A stretch of 64,000 bases of DNA from positions 9,982,001 to 10,046,000 of the forward strand of contig CM022670.1 of assembly GCA_012295275.1 (NCBI GenBank), written 5' to 3'. Below are positions 1-12,307 of this stretch, one piece after another (within the stretch, counting starts at the first letter, position 1; every line of letters begins with the position of its first letter). The stretch is from Chrysomallon squamiferum (Eukaryota > Animalia > Mollusca). Under the pieces are notes generated by a model, which made no database searches, had not been told where the DNA came from, and saw nothing but the letters and a program-made list of their open reading frames with translations. The position numbers and the translations under genes were made by a program.

Positions 1-759
1 ATTAACTTAGAACCAGTTGGTTGGAAACTTACCGTTGTTTTAAGTCGATGACTGTATAACTATTTACTGTTTATCCGCTCACACAGTTATAAAATTACAT
101 GCAAAATAATTAAATAATGTTTTTACAGTTCTTATTGTTATTTTTTTTTTTATTTTATTTTGTTGTTTTATTCGTATGTTGTGTTTAAAATAGTGACAGT
201 TTAACAGTTTGTCTCTATCATACAACTGCTGTTTTAGCACACACAGACACGCAGACTTTCACAAGACTATAATATTTATTGACTGATGTATACGACGCTC
301 TCCCCCCGCATGTTTTAAAACTTTGTCACACTGTAATAGTTTTAAATGGTTGCCGAGATGCAATGGTTCGTAGCATCAGTACTGCGCAGCACAAATGTTT
401 CCCGTTCCAGCCTTTGTCCATGCCTTTTTATCGAAGACGATGGTGTATATATTTCAGTAAGGGAAGGTACTTACTGCTAATCGACGCTAGTTCTTCGCAA
501 GGCGGCAGTGGTTTTCCTCTCTAATTATGGTTCTTAATCATGCGCTTATTAACAGTAGGTTAAAAATGTTTTCAGTGTATATAATTAAAAATAAAATATT
601 TTTCTGCTCTTTTCGCTTATAACTTAAAAATAATGAAAAATAGTAATAACAACTACAGTGATAATAATAATAACAAAACAACAACAATAATTATAATAAG
701 TTTAAAAAGTGGAGTATTACGGGCAAAAAAGGAAAATCAGCACATCAGTTAAAACATAC

Positions 760-765
760 TTTATT
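760..765 (-). terminator. Probable polyadenylation signal (AATAAA) of the lipase gene
   Basis: TTTATT on + strand ~430 nt past the stop codon, followed on the minus strand by a GT/T-rich stretch. The sequence is AT-rich, so chance matches are common. Confidence 0.4.
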
Positions 766-1193
766 TTTCAACACAGATTTTTGCAAAACAAATTTAGCAG
801 ACTAAAGCATTATCAAGTTATGCTAAAATAATCAGTTATGCAAATGTAAGACAAATAAAGACAGTTCTTGTAGAAATATAATATTTTATCATTTTAAAAA
901 TGTTTCTCTCAATATAATTGTATACGAGCATGAATGTATGTACACGTATATGTGTTTGTATGTGTGTATATATGTATATGTTTGGGTCTGTATTACCTTG
1001 AATTTATGTATGTATGAGTGCATTTTAGTATGTGTGTGTGAGTATATATGTGTGTATGTATGTATGTATGCTTGTATACATGCACATGCATTTCATAATT
1101 AATACACGATTATAATATATTGCCGTCAAGAAATGTATGACAGTGATCATACTTGTAAATGCCACGATCGTAATTTACGATTTGTTGTTGTTG

Positions 1194-2379
1194 TCACTGA
1201 CAAGTTTGTGAGGGGTTTGTTAGTATTCCACTCCCCCTGTCACTGACTGTGACACCCCGACAAAATACAACCCTGAAATAAATAAAACTAAAATTTAATA
1301 AAATAATAAATTAAATAAAATTAACATTTAATAAAAATTTAATTAAATAAAATTAACATATAGTCCGCATACTCCAGAGGTTATTTTTATTTATTTATTT
1401 ATTATTTGTTCCTCATCCAATATTAATTACTAACAACGAGATAGTAGTTTAAAAATGACTATTCACCGCCATTTTTCTGCAGACGTCAGTTCATATAATG
1501 TACAAGGCGGAGTAATTTCCTGGTATTTTTTTTTATTTTTATTTTTATTTCTGCTCTTGTGAAGGGAAGAAATAACGGCGTTTTTATGTTTTATATCAGG
1601 AGGATTTGATTCATATACTTTGTTAGGAACGAAGATAGTTCAAAAACGATAAAAGAATAATAAAGATTTGAAAGATTTTAGATTATTTTTTTTTAGTACA
1701 CTTTAATTATATTGTATGAAGTTTGAAATTATTTAATAAAATTAAAATCACCGCGTTCTTCGTCTTGCAGATAACACTCTCACTTTCTCCACCACCAAAT
1801 TTGGATTATTTCTCCAGAAGAAAATGCTTCGGGTATGTTCGTAAAATATTTCCGCCCGTTGTACTTCGCCAATTTCCGTGTCTGAGACAATTACCCCGTA
1901 AAGGAATTCGCCATGTTGAATAGAGCCGCTGAAAAGAATATTATGTTAAATTTTTAAAATATATTTTATTTATCACTTTTTAAAACATTTTCTTTTATTA
2001 TTATTATTATTATTATAATTATTATTATTATTATTATTATTTTAAATTTCTGTTTTGTTGTCCTAAATAAATAAATTGTTGTACAACAATTTGTTGTCCT
2101 AAAACTAAAAAATAAAATTGTGATAAAATTGTTAACGTTTTTTTAATAATAATAAAAATAAAAATATCTAAAAATTATGATAATAATAATAATAGTCTCC
2201 TTTTTCTATTATAAAATAATGCAAACAAAAATAACAAAACAATACCTAATTATTTGGCTCACATCAGTGTTTCCATTGGCTCCGTGCAGCTGAACCTTGA
2301 CCTGACCCCTTAAATTATTCATGCGCCCTGACAGTTTGATCTGAACAAAATACTGCGTCACTAAAATCAATTAAACGAC

Positions 2380-2426
<47 letters not shown>

Positions 2427-3397
2427 TAAACAAACAAACAAACAATCAGACAAGTAAATAAATAACTAAGCAAACTGGTTCTGTTCCACTTACCGCAGAA
2501 CGGAGGGTGACCGCGAGTGGCTAAATAGAACGTTCCTCTCGACTTGTAGTAGTTGGATTTGTAGCCCATGGAAGGGCAGGGTCGGTTGCCGCAGTGGTAG
2601 CATCTGCCGTGTTTGAAGTCGTCGAAGGAAGAGCAGGTGTAGGCGGTGTAGTAGCAACGTGTGTTGATGGACTCGATGAACAGCTTCACGGCTCTGTCGT
2701 GACTGCAGCCCATCACGTACTCGGCATCTGATTCGTGTGTTAACAATGATTTCATGTTGTGTTGATGAAACATGGTTAATATCATCAGAGGCAACCGATG
2801 TTAATTAGTAAATAATAATAATAATAATAAAATAAAAAAAACTACAGCTTTTTATATATGATAAGCATTAAACGAAAATTAAAAATCAAATGCCTATCTT
2901 ATCCTAATGGTATTTAAAAAAAAAAAAAAAAAAAAAAAACAACAAACAACAACAAAAAAAAAAAAAAATAATAATAATAATAAAATAATAATAAAATAAA
3001 ATAATAATAAATATATAAATGAGCCATTTTCATTTCTTTTCGATCATTCTTTGATAATAAAATGTTCATCTTTTTGATATAACATTGATATAGTCTCTTG
3101 TGTTGTGAAAAATATATATATATATATAAATGAATCTCTCTTTTTTTTCTCTGCATGTATATATATATATATATAGTTTTTTTGTATGCATGTATATGCA
3201 TGTATAAAGTGATACCTTCAATTCCATTATCAAAGGCATCTGTTATAAGGTTTCTGATTGTGTCTGTTTCACAGCCTGGTTGGTAATGACCACCATTAGG
3301 ATAGAAATCCATATGACCAATAGGAGTCCTCATACCATATCCTGAAACAATTATAGTAGTCATTCTTTGTATGTAAGCAATCATAATATATCCATGA

Positions 3398-3444
<47 letters not shown>

Positions 3445-3994
3445 TGGTCGTTATAAATTACATTGTTTTGGTATTAATTTATTAATTTATTTGTTGTTGG
3501 TTTTTTTAAAGGTAAGGATTCAAATGCATAATTATGTAAACGTTTTAACTTAGATTTTTGTCCTATTTACTTATTTTTTATTTTATTTTCTCTTTTTTAT
3601 ATTAAACCAAAATTAAATATTATTTATAAAACGAATAAATAGAACCTCCGACTTCATGATATCGAGTGTCGTCTGTGTGAATTACGTCGACAAAATCTGC
3701 GTCTGTCGAATCAAGTCGAACATGAGAAGACTGGTTTTCAAAATTTGGTTGCGCTGGATCCAAACCTTTCAATATAAAATAATAACAAATCCATGTACAA
3801 AACAACATCAAACTTTGAAGTAAACATAAGCCATATGAACTGCAAAAAAACAAAAAAAAAAAAGGAGAAAATACTGTTGTTGTTGTTGTTGTTATTATTA
3901 CTGTTGTTGTTGTCGTCGTCGTCATATTTTTTTTTTTTTTTTTTTATACATTTGTTGTTTATTAACTAAAAACGTAAAATTAAACGCTATTTAA

Positions 3995-4042
<48 letters not shown>

Positions 4043-5121
4043 ATTATTATTATTATTTTTATTATTATTATACCAGTTATTCGACCCAGTCCATGAAGTC
4101 TAACTCCCGCGTACCCAGCAACGTGGGCTCCTAAACTGTGACCAATCAGATGGAACTTTCGCATTCTGATTCCAGTCACGTGATGTAAATGAGACACTAG
4201 ATTGGCTACCTCTGCTCCAACCAGGCGGGTATTCGCCGCAGCCTGGGGATACGGAAAGCCCGCGCCTTGGCCCCATTCCACTGTAATGACGTTTTGTGGT
4301 TGCTTAAATAAACGTACGTAATAAGAATATATTCATATTAAAACAAATATTCTACGTTTCAGTTTGAAATTTTGGTATGTGCACATGATGGTATATGTTT
4401 CAACAGTTATAATTACGTGTACATAAATATATGAAGATTTTATGCTTGAAAGCATGTATGTATGATGTATGTATGTATGTATGTATGTATGTATGTATGT
4501 ATGTATGTATGTATGTATGTATGTATGTATGTATGTATGTATGTATGTATGTATGTATGCATGTGTATGTACGTACGTACAAATAATGATGTATATATGT
4601 ATGTATATGAATGTATAAATGTTGGTGTGTTTGTTGTTAGTGTTTATGAAATATATATATATATAAAAACACAATTATGTACACTGCAGATATTGGTCTG
4701 CGTTAACGTATTGTGTTCTTGTCCGTACTATTTTAAAAACATGTTACTGACACATACCGCTTGTAAAAGTTCAGCAACCATTCGACCAACCCACGGCAGT
4801 GACGTACTTTGCAGAAAGCCATGAATTACAATTCTCACGGGTTTCGAACCGTCAAAGTGCGACCTAACTACAGAGACGTTCGAACGGACGAATAGAAATG
4901 CGGGAACCGTCGGGTTTCTTCTTGTGTATAGTCTGAACGTCGTATTGATGAAGGCAGGGTCCTGGGGTAGCTCCACGGTGTTGTTGAAGGGTGGGTCGTT
5001 GGAGAAACAACCGAAGCCAGCGAAACACGACGTTTGGCGTCGTTGTCGATGTAGCGGGACGTTTTCGTTTTCACTGCCTTGAAATAACAATAGTGATGAT
5101 GATTATGATAATGACAATGAA

Positions 5122-5177
<56 letters not shown>

Positions 5178-5710
5178 GATAAAACCAGCGACTGCTACTA
5201 CTACCATTACAACTGTTGTTGTTTAGCTGCTGTTGTTGTCGTTGATGTTATTATTTTTGATATTTTCATTTTCATGTTTACGAAATTATTATTGTTGTTG
5301 TTATTGTTGTATTATTGTTTATGCATCGATCTATTCCAGCTCTTCCTGCATCTCCAAATCTTATTTTTAACCTGTTTGTCGTCGTCATCATTATTTCTTC
5401 TTCTTCTTGTTATAAGAATCATTTAAAATAAAAATAAAGTATTTAAAGCAATCTGTGGACTGAAACTGCAAAATAGATGACAAAATCATACAGATGAAGA
5501 TTTATTAACCATAAATAAAGAGAAAATTGTCTTTAGACGTCCATTACGAAGTGAGAGATACTTCAATATGAACATCTAGTAATCTGTTTAAAAAAAAAAA
5601 AAAAGTACTGGACGGGAAACAAAATCTCTATAACACATATACTCACTTAGATGTACAAGACACAGACCAAGAATGAGTGCAGCAGTCAATATATTCCATT
5701 TAGGATACAT
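1194..5710 (-). CDS. Pancreatic triacylglycerol lipase / pancreatic lipase-related protein (Lipase + PLAT domains), complete 9-exon CDS, 487 aa
   Basis: Exons (minus): 5710-5647 ([21 protein letters not shown], signal peptide), 5077-4758, 4302-4074, 3765-3646, 3341-3216, 2727-2494, 2360-2246, 1928-1752, 1272-1194 (TGA). All introns are GT-AG and phase-consistent; total 1464 nt. Motifs: [25 protein letters not shown] (catalytic Ser), RITGLDPA (Asp), [26 protein letters not shown] (His), C-terminal PLAT-like beta strands. Confidence 0.95.
2494..2727 (-). CDS. Lipase exon 6, catalytic His and Cys-rich segment
   Basis: [56 protein letters not shown]...TRGHPPFC; cag| and |gtaagt. Confidence 0.93.
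4074..4302 (-). CDS. Lipase exon 3, nucleophile elbow GHSLG
   Basis: [33 protein letters not shown]...[27 protein letters not shown]; flanked by taag| and |gtataa. Confidence 0.95.
4454..4570. repeat. (TATG)n microsatellite
   Basis: More than 20 consecutive TATG units in lipase intron 2. Confidence 0.95.
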
Positions 5711-5970
5711 ACTGTCAACTTACAAAATATGTTTAAGTATGATACGAAATAACGAAGACACTGACGTCGCTCAGTAATAACAACTAAACATCTGCGCTAA
5801 CAAGGTGAGGTCAAAGAACGTTGTCACCGACTAACTGTTATCTTAACCTTTGTTGTGCTCATCAGTCGATCCCGTACACAACACATAATCAGGTACACTT
5901 TTCGTCTCCAACTGATAACGCTGGAAGTTATTTCATAATTATTGTTATTGTTATTATTATTATTATTATT

Positions 5971-6018
<48 letters not shown>

Positions 6019-8176
6019 ATTATTATTATTATGTGCATGCGCAAAGATGCAGGAATCGAATGGCCGGATGATTGTGATATACTCCTTTCCTCTTCCCGTT
6101 ATCATCATCATCATCATCATCACTATTGATGATGATAATGATGATGATTGATGGATAAATAATAATGGTTCTCTTTACTTGCGAATATAGACAATATAAT
6201 GTCGAGTGTAAATTAAATGTGTGTTTCAGATCAATTTTAATTACCAATTTTAATTAAATTCACAATATATTATTATTATTATTACGAATAAAAAGAAGAA
6301 CATGTATTTTAGCAGAGAAATAGATTAAAGTTTGTTAATTACTTCTAATAATTCTTCTTCTGCTGCTTCTATGTTTTTTGTTATTAATATCTTTATTATT
6401 ATTATTATTATTATTATTGTTGTTGTTGTTGTTGTTGTTTTTACTGAAATACTTAATATAAATAGATATACAAAAATACAAATAATATATAGCTACTTTT
6501 ATAAGATTATGTACGGTAATAGAGTTCAAATTTTACCGTTAACAGCAATTGCAAAAGTATACAAAGACTGTGTCTCTACACTCTCTTTACAGCAAATGCC
6601 AGCTTAAAACAGATTATTCAAACAAAGATGACAATGAAGGTTCTTAGTTTTCAGTCATAAATTCATTAATTCAATATTTATTCTTTTTGCTCGACCTTGT
6701 GATGGAAAAATAGTCATCTGTGCTGCTGGAATTTCGAATATTTAACTGACAAAGAGAGGTTACTGAGAGAAAAAGCTAGTCCTTTAAAACTGTCTGGAAA
6801 CAATTAATATTGATATGTTGTTACTGAACGCAATAAATACAATAATTAATAACAGTAACTGTAAAGTTCTGTTGACGTCTACTAATATTAATGGGCCACG
6901 ACAGGAAAAGCTTCTTACGAGTGCATGCTGGTTGGAAGTTGTGGTGGGAGTGATAATGGTTATAATAATGACGACTGTAATAAAATGTATGTTGTAGAAG
7001 GACGAGGATAGTCTTTATTCGATAAATAGTGTTGTTGTTAAGACAAATAACTTCATAAAATTGTCGTCACATAAATAAATTTTACAAATAATTTCTCCGG
7101 ATTTATTTTATTTTATTATTTTTTTTTTTTATTCACACAAGAGAAATCAGTCTAAAAGCTTTTGATTTGTCGTTCTGAAAAAATAAAAAAAAAAATAAAA
7201 AAATAAAAAAATAAAATAATAAAATAAAAAAATCCGGCAATCAACAAGATAAGGTCAGCGTATCTCACTAATCGTTGAACTAATAAACCATGCAATTAAT
7301 TTGCTGTATAGAAAGCTATTATTTGGTGGATATTTGAATTTACTGATGACTTGACAAGTAAATATCTGTTTCGCTCTTCTGACATTTCGCTTACATTGTC
7401 AATTATTCGAGTGTAAAGACACGTCGACACTGTTGTCATTCACAATGACGATGTGCATACCATCAGCTTGCTCAAATAATTTGGCTGGTTTCTCTCGAGA
7501 GACAAATCAGGAGATTTGATAATCAGTCTATATAACGGACTGAATCTTAGTTTATTTGCTGTTTGCTGTTTAATGTTTAATTCTAGATATCAGTCTAATA
7601 ATACATGTGTGTGTCTATATGTGTGCGTGTGATAAAAACTATAAAATTATTTGTAACAGAACAATAATCGACTCCAAAAGGCAATATCATGGGCACGGCC
7701 ATGTTGGCATAATCACTTGATACTCAACAGTATTTTTTATTTAGGTATTGTCTTTAAATGGGAGCTCTTGATAACCTAACATTTCTGATTAAACCTGTCG
7801 TGCCTTAAAAACTAAAAACAAATAAATAAAGAATAAAGAATAAATAAATAAATAATTCGAAGGCTATTTAATAACACAGTATAGAAGACCGGCATGCTTT
7901 ACAGCAAAAATTATCCACTTTTTCAGAGTATTTATTCCATCATGTAATACGACTCACAGCAAAGGTGCTTGAACAGCATTACAAACGCTCTAACATTTTA
8001 TCCGACGCGCATGTGTCCTATTATTCTCATTGATCCAGTCCATCCCTCAACGTTTTGTACAGTAGAGGTCGCTTCCTGTCACCGCTAGACTGGTATTCAG
8101 GACAATATTGTCGTGGTGTCTTCAGCATGGGAGCAATTACCGGTGGCTAGTGTGGAAGAAAATGGATTTGTAAACT
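5711..8176. promoter_or_regulatory. Divergent (head-to-head) intergenic region holding the lipase and RPTP promoters and 5'UTRs
   Basis: Start codons at 5710 (-) and 8177 (+). Local CpG enrichment near 5750-5920 and 7400-8150; ETS-like CGCTTCCTGT at ~8070; GCGCATGTG at ~8007; palindrome TCTCTCGAGAGA at 7491-7502. Confidence 0.5.
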
Positions 8177-8246
8177 ATGGCTAAAATTTTAATATCTGGA
8201 TTATTATTAGTGTGTATATTCATACCAGCTGTTTCAGCACATTCAA
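8177..8246 (+). CDS. RPTP exon 1, signal peptide [23 protein letters not shown]
   Basis: ATG in ACTATGG context, n/h/c-region pattern with V-S-A cleavage, perfect |gtaagt donor; phase 1 matches the exon at 31232. Linkage across 23 kb is inferred. Confidence 0.75.
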
Positions 8247-11041
8247 GTAAGTATTTAATTAAACAAGTCTTTTTTATCAGTGTTTCAAGGCTGCATTAAT
8301 AAATCCGTATCAGTCTAAAAATTCCAACCACCGACTGACACCGACTCATGGAAAAAATTGAGAGGCCTCGTTAAGGATCTACAACTGGTTTTGTTAAATT
8401 ACGTATCTGTCACTAAATTAAATTTAATTTTATCTTCTAATTAGCACGAGTGTAAGAAAAAATGGGAATATCTGACATAGTTATTATTTGTTATTGTTTG
8501 TTTGTTTTTCTTTAAAAAAAAACAAACAAAAAAAATAAATGATTAATTTAATGATAATCAAAAATTTAAATCCCACCATAATTATGATGATATTTGTATT
8601 GTTATATTACGTATATTACAATAAATATGTCTGAATATATCTTATACAGATATACTTCTTCATATTAAAATATTTATTAAAATGTTTATTCTTGTGTATT
8701 TAAAAAAAAAAAAAAAAAAAAAAAAATGATAGATAAACTGCTTCAATCATCTTAAGTTTTATTGTTACTAGTATTATTTTATTAGCTGTTTAATAGCTCT
8801 TTGCAATGAAATATCACATATTATATTCTGTATTAAATCAAAATACAACTGTTTTCATTCCAACAGATTTAAATGAAAAAAAGCCATATATATATTCAAT
8901 TCACTGACTCAGTGTTTTACACAGTATAGGCAGTCTTAAAAGTACCATTTACATTTTGATATGCTGCTCTATGAATGAAGAGAGATAACATTGTTCAGAA
9001 ATAGACTTATAAAACTAGTATTTTTTCCCTCCAATTACTCAAGATGTATCTTGTCATTCAGAAATAGAAATGTATAACTAACATCTATATCTCTCATTGT
9101 CTGAGTAGCATATGTTGATATCAGCACCAGAAAAATGATTAGCATTTGAAATGTGAATTAGTTACAGCTGGATGCATTTAATACTGTTTTTGTGTCGGAA
9201 TTAGTAACTTGAACAGATTTTATAGCCAAAATACTTCTGTTTTTGCCAATGCTTTATTTTTGGTTAATTACTTTTTTTTTTTTTTTTGATTTAGTGGAAA
9301 TTCCAAGAAAAAAAAAAAAATTAAATTTTTAATGGTAATATGTCCATACTATAAAAAGAGCATTAAAAACAAAAATTAATAAAAAATAAATATATTTTTA
9401 AAATGGCCAGTGCCTGGAAATAAAAATCCACAATCTTTCAGATTGTAATTTATACATCCAGTACAAAATCAGCAAGACATATAATGGTGAATTTTACAAC
9501 AAGAGATTTTGAATATGTTTCATAAACTTTCTTCCTTGAACTTGAACTTGAAAAAAATGAACGTGCTAATCAGAGCAAGCTGTTGTGAAGCACGTCTTTC
9601 TTCCTATAATAATAATAGTTTTAATACTGCTTTCACCCCACCCCACACCATCACCACAACCTACAAAAAAAACACCCTAATCTTAATCTTAACTTCTTCA
9701 TTTTATTTTAATTATGGTTAGGGTTAAGGGTCTCGTTCTTTTCAAGATATGGAAGTGTGCATATTGAACTCTCTCATGACATTCATTCCCTCTCCCCCAG
9801 CTCTTATCTTGCCCATGCACCCTAATAATGTTTGTTATATAGGCTGTAAAATTATCATCATTATTTTATTTTATTTTTCTCATGTTGTCAGTAAGAAAAC
9901 AGTATGATACTACTATTTACATAACTGTCCATTTTTTGACACATTCCAAATATTTCATGGTATATTACTGAGTAGCTTTGGATACTTTTTCTATAACTTT
10001 TAAGATACTTCAAGAATATTTGTTTGAAATTCTTTAGAAAATGTTTATTGCATTTAATTATTTATTTATTTGATTCTTTAATTTTATTAATATTCTTTTT
10101 TTTTCTTCACATTTTGTGTCATGAATTATTTTAACAAAATTCACAGTATTTGGAAATGGCATTAGTAATATACACATAAGCACATCAAAAACATTAATTA
10201 TTGATGACTGAAAAAGCATTACTCTATCTCAGTATTTGCATTTATGAGAGCAAGACCTTAACTATACCTTCAGTTATATTGTGTAGTTGTTTTTATATAC
10301 TGCTTAGTAATTGTTAAAGATTTATAATTTGTAAAAAAAAATCAGGTGTTATTTAATAAATAAAAGGTTAGAGCAGTCTAAATAATAGTTAATATATAGT
10401 TGAAAACTTATAGAAATTGGAAAATCTATATGTATTATTTTTTATTTATTGTTTTATTTTAACATACCAGAAGTAATGAAAATACAAATTAAATTTAAAA
10501 AATAATAAAATTTTATGAATTTTTTTGAAAGTAATGAAAAATTTAATACCCCAAGACCTTATTACATCACTTTAAATTTACTGTTATTCAGTCTCATGTG
10601 GATTTTTTTTTTGGTCCTTTTTTGTCCTTTTTATTCCTAGGAAAAGGAAAACAAAAACTAAACTAAACATTGCAGCTTTGATATTATCATATTGTAATGC
10701 AGATATAATATATAATTTGTGTTATAAACAATAACATTAAGCCAATAAGAGAATAGTGTGGTCTGTGTGAAATTCATGCCAGACACTTTCCAGTAAATTA
10801 AACAAATAAGTAATATGATTCTGTTTATTATTTCACTGGGTTGGTTTGGAAGCAAACATTGTGTTTTATCTTAAAACATATTTTGATAAGACGTTGCATA
10901 ACAATTTATGTGTTTGTGTTGGAATGCGTGAAATTCAGGTTTTTAAGAATAGTTGTGAGAAGACATAGGTTTTATTTTTAAAATTCTTTCTTAGCAACAA
11001 GAATTAAAATACATACATACATATATATGTATATATTAATG

Positions 11042-11072
<31 letters not shown>

Positions 11073-11211
11073 ACATATAGATACATACACACACACACAC
11101 ACACACATACATCTATTACAGATTATTATGTTTTGTGGTTAATGTTATTTTTTTTTTTTGTTTGTAAATTGCCATAATTATTACATTATTACAGTCAGTT
11201 GTTTGTTTTAA

Positions 11212-11244
<33 letters not shown>

Positions 11245-12267
11245 CTTTAAAAAAATGATTGTTTATGTAAGAGTGTAGTTCTGGCATTTTATCAGGACCT
11301 GCATTGACAAATGTTGTAGAAAGTTTGTTGTTTTTGTACAAAATATAATCAAACCTGACACTGGTATGTATTGCAGGAGGGACCATGTAACCTGTCTGAA
11401 GATGACTTTTAAAAGCAAGAGGCCTTGTTAAGGTTGACTAAAATTTAATATCAATTTAAAACATTAATCAACCTTCTCATGCCATTCACAGTTAGGGATT
11501 TCTTTTCTTCTTCATTTTTGGGGTGTGTGTGGTTTTGTTGAAAAATTGAATAATGATTTGTCTTGTCATTTATTCTATTTTTGGGGTTTCTAAAAAAGTA
11601 TGAGATGAAATTTTGGTAAATAAGTACTTTTGAAAATGTTTATAAATGAAAAGCAAGCTATTATTCTTGTTATAATTAATGCAGTTTTTTAAACATTAGA
11701 AATTTTTTCATTTTTTTTATTTAGTTATTTTTGTGCTGAATAATAGTGTTAAAACAGTTTAAAGACAAACCAACCTAGCCTTATTTTAAGACCTTTTCAT
11801 AATTTAAAAAATAAAAATAAGGTTATATTTATATGATTTGTACTTACTTGCTACTATTTTTTTTAATAAATGTACATATAGAGTTATAAACGATATATTC
11901 TGGTGCAACTTCAAAGTATTAAATACATATGGGTGTACATGTATTATGTATTCATCTACATACTTCACATATTCACATAACCTGTCCATACCGCTTTTAA
12001 GAAACAATATTTTCATTCAGGACTTATAGCATGTTCATGCTAATACCATTATTTTCCCCCACAATATCTTGACAGGCAATTAAAACAAAAGGCAATATAT
12101 ATAAATATATAAATATACATACATCTGTGACTTCATAACATATTTAAAAATTAAATGCACAAAGATACACATGGACAGAATTTAAAAATTAAATGCACAA
12201 AGATACACATGGACAGATATACACACACACATGCACACACACACACAGTCACACACAAGCAAAGCTT

Positions 12268-12307
<40 letters not shown>

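Noticed and set aside
1752-1928. Suspected frameshift in the lipase PLAT exon
   Set aside because: Careful re-reading gives an open frame ([32 protein letters not shown]); the gene is intact.
2315-2340. Lipase ending early at DQTVRAHE* as in the ORF track
   Set aside because: The upstream acceptor at 2361 gives the PLAT frame ([12 protein letters not shown]...) and a full-length protein.
4333-6607. ORF-track proteins rich in poly-I, poly-N, YIHT, VCMY, poly-L (and similar CV/HT/FY ORFs throughout the window)
   Set aside because: They are translations of microsatellites and low-complexity tracts, not genes.
9675-9730. Interstitial telomeric repeat
   Set aside because: Only one or two degenerate CCCTAA/TTAGGG units; too short to call.
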